From Macrostomum lignano (taxonomy: Eukaryota), in contig NIVC01004279.1 in assembly GCA_002269645.1 (NCBI GenBank), positions 1 to 51,978 on the forward strand: 51,978 nucleotides of DNA, read 5' to 3'. The notes under the pieces were generated by a model. That model was not told the origin of the DNA, ran no database searches, and saw only the letters and a list, made by a program, of their open reading frames with translations. Shown here piece by piece: positions 23,497-35,321 of the stretch (position 1 is the stretch's first letter; every line of letters begins with the position of its first letter). Both the position numbers and the translations under genes were made by a program.

Positions 23497-26023
23497 TATT
23501 GCTGCTGACAGCCACGCTGATAGAGCTGAAGGCTCGCTTAATTTATTTCAGCTTTTATTACCAAAACAAGCAAAAAATGCCAACATGAAAGCAAAAAATA
23601 TAAAGTTTATTGAATTGAATTGCAATGTCAGAAAACTATAGGCAGTTTAAATAATTAATAGTCGAAATCAAAGATAAAAAATAATGAATGCAATGTAATA
23701 AGGCTCTTTTAAAGAATTATTGGCTAAGCATTGTTTTTGCCCTACTATTAGTAGCTTCAGCTTGGGAAAATGTTAGAGGTGGGTTGTATAGGTTTTTAAG
23801 ATAGTATAAAATATTTATCAGCAATTCACATTACTAAATATATCAAGTATATTAGTAAAAAGCTAGTAAATTTGTAGTAGATAATCAATTAAATTGTTTC
23901 AAAGAGGCAGATCAAGTATTTTAAGTCTATGGCTACTTTGATTTTTTTACTTGTAATATCCCACTCAATATTCTGGTCATAGTTGATTTGTCTCCAATTT
24001 TTCAAAAATTGAAATTTAAAAATACAGTTCAATAGTTTTAGCTTTATCTTTAATGCATTCAATTCAATAGAAAAGATCTTTATTGTTTTTGTTTCAGGGC
24101 AAAGTCTAAGAGTAATGAATAGTAACAGTCAGTCAAAGTTATATAATATTTTTGTAAATTTTTGGCAGATAGCTATTAGTTCAACTTCAACTATAATCTA
24201 GAGATTTTCATTTCTTAAAGTGTTCATTTTTGTGGAATTAGCCTACTACATAAGTGTAATGATTATAAAGATAAATGCTACAAAAAGTCATATCTCTTAT
24301 GATAGGATGAAAAGGATTTTAAGAACTAAGGCTAGAATATAGTCTGTATAACATAAGATTTATGCCTATAATTAATTATTGTTTAAGCCCTACAAGTTTA
24401 TTTTAACTTATAAAAATCAATTAATTTAACAGAACCAAGTATATTAATGTGGAAGCCTTTTTTACACAAAAATTTCCTATGAAATTTCAAATCTACACAT
24501 TTCCAAGAAAAACATTTAGTTTTAACTAGCAATCTTCGCCCCCCGATGGGGGACATCTGGATAGAACTTCTGTTCTCTACAAGTAAAAAAACCGCCAAAT
24601 AGAGTCTTCACAAAGACAACAGAAAAACTGCTCAAATGAAGCGCAATGCAAAAAGAAAACATCCCAAGACAGCAAGCATCCCCCCGCACCCCCAGATAGC
24701 AAGCACCCCCAGATAGCAAGCACCCCCAGATAGCAAGCACCCCCAGATAGCAAGCACCCCCAGATAGCAAGCACCCCCAGGCAGATAGCAAGCACCCCCA
24801 GATAGCAAGCACCCCCAGATAGCAAGCATCCCTCAGATAGCAAGCACCCCAGATAGAAAGAACCCCAGATAGCAAGCATCCAATTGATAGCAAGTATCTA
24901 TCCTTAAATAGGAAGCATCCACCAGACAAAAAGTATATAGTGCAACATTTCCTTTTAGCTTTCTAGGGGCTCCTTTATAATTGGCATGACGCTTCTTATT
25001 ACGTTTGAAAATGTCTCTCCTGTGTTTGAAATGGTGGCTATTTTATATTTGAATTGGTGGCTCTTTAATGTTTGACATCGTGCTAGTTTTATGTTTGTCA
25101 TGGTGGCTCCTTAATGTTAGAAACGGTGGCTCTTTAATGTTTGACATGGAGTCACATATATGTTTCACATGGTGGCTCTTCTATGTCTAACTTGGTAGCT
25201 CTTTTATGTTTGACATCGTGGCTCATTAATGTTCGACATGGTGGCTCTTTACTGTTTGACATGGTGGCTTTTTAATGTTTGACATGGTGGCTCTTTAATG
25301 TTCAACATGGTGGCTCTTTATTGTTTGACATGGTGGCTTTTTAATGTTTGACATGGTGTCTCTTAAATGCTCGACATTGTGGCTCTTTAATGTTCTACAT
25401 TGTGGCTCTTTAATTTTCTACATTGTTGCTCTTTAATGTTTGACATGGTGGCTCTTTAATGTTTTACATGGTGGTTCTTTAATGTTCTACATTGTGGCTC
25501 TTTAATGTTGTACATTGTGCTCTTTAATATTTGACATTGTGGCTCTTTAATGTTCTACATGGTGGCTCTTTAGTGTTTGACATGGTGGCTCTTTAATGTT
25601 CAACATGGTGGCTCTTTATTGTTTGACATGATGGCTCTTTAATGTTCGACATGGTGGCTCTTTACTGTTAGATATGGTGGCTCTTTAATGTTTGACATGG
25701 TGGCTCTTTAATGTTTGACATGGTGGCTCTTTAATGTTCTACATGGTTGCTCTATAATGCTCTATATTGTGGCTCTAATGCTCTACATGGTGGCTGTTCA
25801 ATGTTCTACATATTGTGGCTCTTTAATCTTCGACATGGTGGCTCTTTAATGTTCGACATAGTGGCTCTTTATTGTTTGACATGATGGCTCTTTAATGTTT
25901 GACATGGTGGCTCTTTAATTTTCTACATGGTGGCTCTTTAATGTTCTACATATTGTGGCTCTTTAATCTTCGACATGGTGGCTCTTTTAGTGTTCTACAT
26001 TGTGGCTCTTTATTGTTTGACAT

Positions 26024-26321
26024 CATACATGCGCAACCTCCAAAATTCGGTCGGCCGTGCGACTTAGTTTTAACAAAAATGCGACGTAGTTTTTGGCCAA
26101 AAATGCGACTTGCATGTAAAAAAACCGTAAAGCAAAATTAACGCAAGTTTGGGTAAACGGCAGGAGTAACTATGACTCTCTTATTAAGCCAAAAATGCTT
26201 CGTCAGCTACTTAGTACTACTACTAGGGTGTTTTTTGAGTGGGCATTTTTGCGACTTCCTTGGTTGGTCGCCAAATCGGTCGGCCGGATCGGCCGACTCG
26301 GCCGACTGTTGCGCATGTATG
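26024..26321. mobile_element. 298-bp MITE (hAT or P superfamily) inserted in the 23-bp satellite
   Basis: 14-bp perfect TIR catacatgcgcaac/gttgcgcatgtatg; 8-bp TSD tttgacat at 26016-23 and 26322-29. Confidence 0.88.
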
Positions 26322-27519
26322 TTTGACATGATGGCTTTTTAATGTTTGACATCATGGCTCTTTAATGTTCTACATTGTGGCTCTTTAATGTTCTACATTG
26401 TGGCTCTTTAAATGTTCTACATGGTGGCTCTTTATTGTTTGACATGGTGGCTCTTTAATGTTCTACATGGTGGCTCTTTAACGTTCGACAGGGTGGCTCT
26501 TTAATGTTCTACATGGAGGCTCTTTAATGTTTGACATGGAGTCACGTATGTGTTAGACATGGAGTCACGTATATGCTTTACATGGTGGCTCTTTAATGTT
26601 TGACATGTTGGCTCTTTAATGTGTGACATGGTGGCTCTTTAATGTTTGACATGTTGGCTCTTTAATGTGTGACATGGTGGCTCTTTAATGTTTGACATGG
26701 AGTCATGTATGTGTTTGGCATGGAGTCACGTATATGCTTTACATGGTGACTCTTTAATGTTCGACATGGTGGCTCTTTAATGTTTGACATGGAGTCACGT
26801 ATATGTTTGACATGTAGTCACGTATATGTTTGACATGGTGGCTCTTTAATGTTTGACATGGTGGCTCTTTTATGCTTGAAATGGTGGCTCTTTAATGTTC
26901 GACATGGTGGCTCTTTTATGTTTAACATGGAGTCACGTATGTGTTTGACATGGAGTCACGTATATATTTGGCATGGAGTCACGTATATGCTTTACATGGT
27001 GGCTCTTTAATGTTCGACATGGTGGCTCTTTATTGTTCGAAATTGTGGCTCTTTAATGTTCGACATGGTGGCTCTTTAATGTTCGACATGGTGGCTCTTT
27101 AATGTTCTACATGGTGGCTCTTTAATGCTCTATATTGTGGCTCTTTAATGCTCTACATGGTGGCTCTTTAATGTTCTACATATTGTGGCTCTTTAATCTT
27201 CGACATGGTGGCTCTTTCATGTTCGACATGGTTGCTCTTTATTGTTTGACATGATGGCTCTTTAATGTTTGACATGGTGGCTCTTTAGTGTTTGACATGG
27301 CGGCTCTTTAATTTTTGACATGGTGGCTCTTTAATTTTTGACATGGTGGCTCTTTAATGTTAGACATGGAGTCACGTATATGCTTTACATGGTGGCTCTT
27401 TTATTTTTTGACATGGTGGCTCTTTAATGTTCGACAGTGTGGCTCTTCTATGTTTGACATTGTGCTTTTTTTATGTTTAGCAGTTTTGTGTTTTTAAGGT
27501 GTTTTAATAAAAAAATCTT

Positions 27520-27590
27520 TTTGCACTACTGAGATTCGAACTCAGGTCGCTACATTAGCAGTCCAGTCTGTTCGCATCTAGGCTATCTCT
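27520..27590 (-). other. tRNA-derived segment (Ser-GCU-like loop) inside the Helitron; not a canonical tRNA
   Basis: A-box-like tagcctagatg, ctgctaa loop, perfect T-arm ctgag-ttcgaat-ctcag and a downstream T7 run; the acceptor stem does not pair. Confidence 0.5.
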
Positions 27591-28966
27591 TTTCAATTGG
27601 AGAACATGAATTGTGGCCCTTATAATTAAATTCTTACAGCAAGTCAATTGGAGTAGAAAGTTATGACATAATCAACTTCTCAGTCAGCCAGTATCAGTTT
27701 CAATTTAAGTTAGCAATATGGTTACGCAATTTTAACCAAGTCTTGTGTGCATTTCTTGGGCACTGTTTTCAACTTGTTGTGATGCAATCTTTATTACAAT
27801 CAGAATTCAGCTAGTCAGTTTTTTCTCTAGCATTCTTACAATGCATTTCAGGTCAAAAGAGCTGCTTGACCTTTGCAAAAAAGCATGTTTTTCGAATATT
27901 TAATCCCTTTAATATTGAGCAATTTCTTAGCCAAGATGCATGTACCATCCCAGGAAAATTTCTGATCGAATGGTGCAAGTTTGAAGAAAATCGGTTGAGC
28001 CATTTTTTCTGAAATCTATCGCATACCCATATACAGACATTTCATTTTTAGTATATAGGATAGACATTTGCTAAAATAGTTTTATTACTTTTTGCTTAAA
28101 ATGATCCTAAAAAATAGTATAAATAAGATAGGTTAGAGTTGTTTTTTTCAATTTGCCTTTAAACTTTACAAGCTAATTGAAAAAAATCTATTCAGTGAGT
28201 TCTGAATAAATAAGAGTGTATAGAGAAGTGATTCAAACTTTGTTAATTTTTTTAAGTGAAGCAGAAATATATACCATATATACTACTGATAAATAGAATA
28301 CCAAGACAAGAAAGGAGACAAAGTATTGATAGATCTCAAAGCATACTTATAGAATAGTAACAAAGGCCATGACTTTTTAATCTTGGAAATGTCTTTGCTT
28401 AGCCATAGTTTGGAACACTATATATATCCTAGGAAAATTACCAAATTTTTTGGTGTATACCTGTGTATGCCAAATACATTACCTTATGCAAAGCTTCATA
28501 TTAAAAAATTTAAAACATAACTAGACTAGTGATTTTTATATTCAATTCCAATTAGATTAGATGAGAATGAGAAAGAGAAAAAATAACTATATTTATATAT
28601 TCTTTTTTCTATCTATAAATAACAAAAATAAAGTTTGTGCATTTTTGTTACAACTTCCAATTGTCACCTTGTAGAAAAACCCAGAAAGCAGTTTTGCATT
28701 AAATAGTTATCAAATTTTATAATTAAAATGCATGGACAACTATTGTGACTGTGATTTTTATAACAACTTTTTAAATTTTCAATGCATTATCACATATCAA
28801 AAAATTAAAAGTGTGCACCAAAAGCCCAAAATCACTTTTTTACACTAACATATACACCAAATTTCTTGAGCCAACCCCAGAAATTTCTAGCGTATATGCT
28901 TTCTCCTTGACTATGGATGACTAGAAGAGATATGCATGCAATACATATATAATTAATAGTAATATA

Positions 28967-29800
28967 CTAGCAATCTTCATCTCCCAATAGGGGACATCTG
29001 GATAGAATCCTTGTTCTTTACAAATAACAAATAGACAACAAAATAAAGCTTTCATAAGAAAACAACAGACATTCCCTCTAAAAACAAAATATCCCAAGAC
29101 AGCAAGCATTCAAGTATCAATCTTCAAATAGCAAGCATCCCCAAGACTGCAAGAATTCCCCAGATAGCAAGCAACCCCAGATAGCAAGCATCCCCCAAAT
29201 AGCAAGCATCCCCTAGACCCTAGATAGCAAGCATCCCCCAGATAGCAAGCATCTCCCAGACTGCAAGCAATTCTAGATAGCAAGCATAACCTGGATACAA
29301 AGAGACCTTATAGATATCTAGCAACCCCCTCTCATATAGCAAGTACCTTCCACCCCCCCCAAGAGCAAGCATCTCCCAATAGCAAGTTACTCCAGTAGCA
29401 AGCATCCTTCTGATAGCAAGCATCCCCTCAATAGCAAGCATTCTTTTAATAGCAAGCATCCCTTAGATAGCAAGCATACCCCTGATAGCAAGTATCTATC
29501 CTTAAATAGCAAGCATCTACCAGAGAACAAGAAGCTAGTGCAACAATTTCTTTAGCTTTATAGTGGCTCTATTTTGTTTGGCATGACACTTCTTTTTATG
29601 TGTGTATTGTGGAATGGTGTCTCTGTTATGTTGAATTGGTGGCTCTTTAATATTTGACATGGTGTCTTTTCTATGTTGGACATGATGGCTCTTTTGTGTT
29701 TGACATGATAGCTCTTTAATGTTTGACATGGTGGCTCTTCTATGTTTGACATAGAGTCGCATATGTTTGACATGGTGGCTCTTTAATGTTCAACATTTAC
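28967..29800 (-). mobile_element. Second, 5'-truncated and diverged copy of the Helitron-like element
   Basis: Same 3' terminus (ctagcaatcttc...ggggacatctggatagaa) with CTAG at 28967-70, followed by the same 17-bp and 23-bp repeat families in the same order. Confidence 0.78.
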
Positions 29801-30186
29801 AATGATATGGTGGAAAGATTCTTTCATTTTACAATCTCTTTATAGTATGGACAACATTATTTCACACTGTTGGGGATTGTATAATGAAAGTGAGGGGGCT
29901 TTAAAAAAAGAGAAAGGAGGGATGCCAAAAAATCACGACTTACTTTTGTGGAATCTCTATTAGGTAGCCTAGACAAGGGGTTAAACAAGGTATACGATCC
30001 TCCCATCCCCTGTAAACAAATTTTCAACTTGGCAGTAGAGGTCGGATGAGATCCCGATCCCGAAATCTCGGGATCCCAAGGAAAATTGAATTCCCGCGGG
30101 ACCAGAATCCTGACCCTAAAAAACTCGAGATTCGGGAACAGGTCTTTTGATTAATAATTTATAGAACTAGTGATTACTTGAAGGTA

Positions 30187-31974
30187 CGAGGGGCGTCCGG
30201 AAAGTAGTGTTACTTTTGCTTGGTGTGGACATATGGACAGTCACACTTGCATGTGCTTAGTGTCATTTGAAAGCGGCAAGTCTCTTCTTTAAAATGACAC
30301 CAATTGCAAGAGATTTGGATCTGTGCTTCAAGAGATATGTACGATTAAGTAGAGAAAGGTCAGTCATAGACTTACAGAACCTCAAAAATGTCAACAGAAA
30401 ACTTTTATCACGAGCGTAATTACTCCAGAAAAAAACAAAAAACACAACAGTACAGTACAGAAGCAGGTGAAACAGATAACAAGCAAATTATCACACAAGC
30501 GAACAACATTAAAATCATTCATCGGTTGGTAGACTTGTCTTCTCAACGTAGTCACCATGAGACATGATGCACTTCTCCCATCGGTCTCGCATCTTGTCGA
30601 TGGCGTTTGCATACACATTTCTTGGGATCTGGTACAGCAAGATCCTCCTGACCTCACTCTCCAAGTGATCACGACTGTTGTGAACTCGCCCTTGAAGCTG
30701 TCGCTTTAACTCAGGAAACAAGGCGAAGTCTGCAGGTGCCAGGTCAGGAGAATATGGAGGGTGAGGAAGCAACTCAAAGTTCAGTTGGTCAATTGCTTGC
30801 ATGGTCTTTGCAGCAGTATGCGGCCTCGCATTGTCGTGGTGGAGGATATGGGGTCTTTCTTTCCCCCATCTTTTGTTGCAGATGTCTGACTTCAGTTTTG
30901 TCAGGGAGGTCACATACCAATCAGCATTGATGGTCGAGTTTGGCTCCAGGAACTTGATGGTCAGTGGGCCATTGCAATCAAAAAAGAGAGTCAGCATGAC
31001 TTTGTTGCTGTGCCGGTCTCGGCGAGCTTTCGTTGGTGGATCAGATCCCCTGACGGTCCAAACCATTGACTCCTGCTTTGTTGGAGGGTCGAAGTATGGC
31101 ACCCATGTCTCGTCGCCAGTTACGATCAGCTCTCGAAAGGCTTCCCATCCTCCATGTTGATTGACCAGCTCCAGGTTGTTCACACATTTCTGCTGGCGAT
31201 CCAGCTTCATGACCTCAGTGAGCAATCGTGGTACCCAACGGGCACTCAGCTTGACGTGATTCATCTTCTGCAGGCACTCGTGAACTGTGGACTTCGGGCA
31301 ATCCAATCGATCGGCCATTTCGCGAATGCTCTGGCGGCAGTCTTCATCAATCAAGTCGAGAATGCGATCCGTCAGGCTGCTGCTGTCGCGAATTGCAGGG
31401 CGTCCGGACCTTGGCATGTTGCTCACGTCAGTTCTTCTAGCCTGAAACTCGCCCACCCACCTGCTTACTGTCATCTTGCTGACAGCATGGTCACCATGAG
31501 CTATGCAAAGTTGCCTGTGGATGTCAGCCGATTTGGTTCCGGAGCTCCAAAGTGTAAAGATGGCATGTCGCTGCCCAGTCTTTGAATGCACATCCATTTG
31601 CAGTTCACAATTGAAAATTGAATGTCAATAAACTTTGCAGGTGCAGCAGAAGCAGTTTTACAAGTCCCATAGTTTTATGAGACAGCCCTTCTTGTTCACT
31701 GCATCACATTTGGCCATAGACAGCCCATGATTATGAAAAAGTCGATAAACTCGTAAAAGTTTTCTATTGACATTTTTGAGGTTCTGTAAGTCTATGACTG
31801 ACCTTTCTCTACTTAATCGTCCATATCTCTTGAAACACAGATTCAAATCTCTTGCAATTGGTGTCATTTTAAAGAAGAGACTTGCCGCTTTCAAATGACA
31901 CCAAGCACATACAAGTGTGACTGTCTATACGTCCACACCAAGCAAAAGTAACACTACTTTCCGGACGCCCCTCG
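30187..31974 (-). mobile_element. Full-length mariner (DD34D) transposon, 1788 bp, 221-bp TIRs, TA TSD
   Basis: ta|cgaggggcgtccggaaag...ctttccggacgcccctcg|ta; TIRs at 30187-30407 and 31754-31974 with ~8 mismatches. Confidence 0.96.
30515..31597 (-). CDS. Mariner transposase, 360 aa, uninterrupted
   Basis: HTH region, WVPRLL, GDETWV, HHDNARPH and YSPDLAPADF; 34 residues between the 2nd and 3rd Asp. Confidence 0.96.
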   Translation of the reverse strand: MDVHSKTGQRHAIFTLWSSGTKSADIHRQLCIAHGDHAVSKMTVSRWVGEFQARRTDVSNMPRSGRPAIRDSSSLTDRILDLIDEDCRQSIREMADRLDCPKSTVHECLQKMNHVKLSARWVPRLLTEVMKLDRQQKCVNNLELVNQHGGWEAFRELIVTGDETWVPYFDPPTKQESMVWTVRGSDPPTKARRDRHSNKVMLTLFFDCNGPLTIKFLEPNSTINADWYVTSLTKLKSDICNKRWGKERPHILHHDNARPHTAAKTMQAIDQLNFELLPHPPYSPDLAPADFALFPELKRQLQGRVHNSRDHLESEVRRILLYQIPRNVYANAIDKMRDRWEKCIMSHGDYVEKTSLPTDE

Positions 31975-32749
31975 TATTTTGCTTTAACTTATACTCGTTA
32001 CATTATTTACTTTGTTGGTTACAAAACTTCATATCAATTTTGTTGTGTTTTACTTCTTGATCTTGACAATCTTTTCTCAATTTTGTTTAACTTTACATGG
32101 ACAATACACTAAAAGACCTGATCCCAATTCCCAAATCCCGATCCCAATCCCAAGAAAAAAATTATTCCCAATCCCGATCTCGCCCGAAGATTTCAATCCC
32201 ATCCGACCTCTAGTTGCCAGATCATATTATAAAATTGATGAAAAGCTCAAGTTTTGTTATTCAATCCCTTTCTATACATTTCATCATTTCCTCCATTTGA
32301 ATAATTGTATAGGGCCTAACGCTAACAAAAGTGAATATAGATACATCCCTACTCTTGCTAAGAATTGTGGCTTACAATTAATTAGGGTAATTGCGCTTCA
32401 AATATGCTTTCACACTGATATGCAAACAAGACTCCTATCTTTTACATAGGAGATTGTATAATGTAAGGGGATCATAAAACAAAAGAATGCCAAATTTTTA
32501 TTGCAGTCTTTCTATCTCCTATTTTTTGCTATGAATTTTTATTTGACCCATATTTTCTAGTGCCTCTTAAAACTATATGAACTTCAAACTTTGTATGAAA
32601 TTTTTACCAAACATATATTCAAATATATTCAAAACTTCTAACTGTTGACTGTCCATATTTATTTTAACAAACAAAAGTAGCACTAAGTCTAAATGGTTAA
32701 AATAGATGCCTATTTTTTAGCAGCAAATACTGTTCTTTACCCCAATACA

Positions 32750-34391
32750 CAGTGCTGGGCAAGTTAATCAATTTTTTTAACTCGTTAAAAGTTAAAAAGT
32801 TAATTTAATTGCTCCAAAAAAATTAACTGTAACTAGTTAATTATTTAACTTTTGCCCAAAATTTAACTTCTGAAAAGTTAAAAGTTAAAGTTAATAATTC
32901 CCTAACACTAACAGAAAAAGTGACATTTTCCTGGACATGTGTTCAGTGTGTTTTTTAAATTTCAGGTCGGCGCGGCGCGGCTGTGGCCAGGTCGCGGCGC
33001 CCTGGGGAGCTTGTCAGGAAATACTCCCCTGGGAATTAGACCGGGGACCCTGGGGAGAAAAAAAGCATTTTTAACTAAATTTTTGCCATTTAAATAAGAA
33101 AATCATTCACAGAAAGCTGATTGAAACTCTGTCTATGCTTTTTTTACCACAAAACTGCTTATTTCAATGTATTATTTCAAACACAACACACGTTTGAATG
33201 GGGGGGGTTCAGAAGACTGAAATTTCACAACGCCGAAACACCATACTTCACAAGACCGAAACTTCATAAGACCAAAATTTCACATTGTAGAAAACTTTAC
33301 AATAAGGATTGTATTGCATGCAGAATTTTCGGCGTTGTGAAATTTCGGTCTTATGAAATTAGCGACCCGTTTGAATGTTTTTTTTCACTATGAGTCTTTC
33401 AAACAAGCAAATTGAATGTACGAGCGTAGAAACCTGTCAGGAAAAAGAAGCCTTACTGACTATTGTGTTGGTCTACGTTGACGGCTTGACAGATTTGACA
33501 CAGGCACAGCGCCATATCCTGTGTCAGTCACTGACGCATAGGGGGGTGTCATACAATAACAAAATACTCCGTATTAGACAGGACAAAATGGTGATTTACA
33601 TGTATCTGCAAGAAATTAAAATTCCGATTATAAAAACAGTCTCATTCATTAATTATCCTCCCACGAGTGCAGCTGCTGAGTATGCATTTTCCGCCTCCGG
33701 AGTCTGGACCCTTTCTGATAAAGGTGCGCACACGATTTGGTGATGCCATGTTGTCAAATACAGTTTTAAACAAACATTGCTTAAATTTTTTACCCTTGCG
33801 CCTTGAATATGTAGTCCATCCAAAGCTTTAATCAAAGTTTAAAAAATGCCACTTAGTGACTTATAAAGATCTAAGTTATCCGCCGTTTTTTACTTATTTT
33901 TTCCCCGGGGTCCCCGTGGAATGACAGTAAATTCCCCAGGTCCCCAATAAGAAAATTCCCTGGGGAATCGACATCCCTATGTACAACGATAACTTCTAGT
34001 AGTCATTGGGTAGAATATCAATAGATAATAGTTGAAGATTCCAGAATCTTCCGGAATATTCTATACATTATAACTTGTAACTGAAATATATACATGTAAT
34101 AGTTTGTGACGCATTAAATAATGCTCAGAAAGGCGAAGTTATTTTATGTATGTATTAATTTTACTTTTTAATGGCATATAAGCTGTTGAAACCCGCGGAT
34201 TTTGAACCCGGGGAACTCCATTTCCCGGAATTATTAACTTTTGTCATTTAACTTTACCTTACAGGAAAAAATTAACGATTTTTGTTAACTAGTTAATACA
34301 TAAAAAATTTAACGAAAATTTAACGATTTTTTAAAAAATTTAACTAGTTAATTAACTAGTTAAACAATTAACTAGTTAACGCCCAGCACTG
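32750..34391. mobile_element. Non-autonomous hAT element, 1642 bp, with nested insertions
   Basis: TIR cagtgctgggc/gcccagcactg; perfect 8-bp TSD ccaataca; subterminal aagttaa/aactagttaa repeats at both ends. Confidence 0.9.
33200..33367. mobile_element. ~168-bp Mutator-like MITE nested in the hAT element
   Basis: G-start/C-end; TIR containing aagac(c/t)gaaatttcacaacgccgaaa; 9-bp direct repeat cgtttgaat on both flanks. Confidence 0.75.
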
Positions 34392-35321
34392 CCAATACAT
34401 GCTTCATTGCTAAGTATTGTCTTCATAGGATGCAGCAGACAAACTGTCTACCCTAGGCCACAAGGTCTTTATTTAAAATTAGGCCTAGCCTAAGCCTATT
34501 GGCTATTTTATTAGGCCCCTATAATAAATAAAATGAGCCTATGACTAGCCATACACAGCACGCAGGCTTATATTGTATTGGCCCCTACTGGTAGTGCTAC
34601 TATAATAAAAAGTAGGCCTACTAAACTGCATACGGTACACAGTATCAATGATTGACCTGATCTGACTAACATATATCTGTCAGCACTCAAAAAGAAAAAA
34701 ATACGTAATACTGTCAAAAACATTAAGAAAGCCAGGGTTCAAAACGCTGTTCTTAAAGACGTTTTTACAATTTCGTATGGTTGGATTTTAAATCTTATCT
34801 CGCCGATTTATTAAAAATCTACTTTCCTTTGTTTAAATTGTAAACAATAAAATTTAAAAAAACTTGTAACAAAAAGTATTTTGACAAGCAAGTACACAAG
34901 ATAGGATATGCTACAAATGAAAAAAGAGTCAGAAAAGAGCTCACTGGTGTAGCTAAAATATATGAAGTCATGAATAGCTAAAACAGTTATGCAAACTGAA
35001 ACAGATATATCAGCAGTGTAATAAATCCGCTTTTCAGTTGTTTATTCATTGAAACAGATATATCAGCAGTGTAATAAATCCGCTTTTCAGTTGTTTATTC
35101 ATTTACTGTCTTTTTAATTTCCTATTTAATTCGTCGTTAATCGCTAGACGTTAAGTTCGTTCGAAGTGTGTTAATGCTTGTTTTTCACGCTTTAAAATAT
35201 CACGCGCTTTCAAAAATACTATATCTTTTTACAAAAATCGCCTATTATGGAGAACAATCCTCAATTATACTAGATATTTGTTACATTGACAAAATAATAT
35301 TTAACTACCTTTTCTGAATAA

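Larger units (their letters stand above)
24526..28060 (-). mobile_element. Non-autonomous Helitron-like element carrying internal tandem repeats
   Basis: On the minus strand it starts a|TC (tcctatatactaaaaatg, 28060) and ends CTAG|t (24526-29), with a ccccc-atc-ggggg hairpin ~10 nt before CTAG. It contains a 17-bp array (24680-24900) and a 23-bp array (25030-27470). Confidence 0.72.
30036..32212. mobile_element. hAT-type MITE (~390 bp without insert) interrupted by the mariner
   Basis: TIR tagaggtcggatg/catccgacctcta; imperfect 8-bp TSD cttggcag/gttgccag; subterminal atcccg repeats. Confidence 0.72.

Noticed and set aside
34997-35102. 53-bp direct tandem duplication
   Set aside because: Simple two-copy duplication in AT-rich DNA with no further structure
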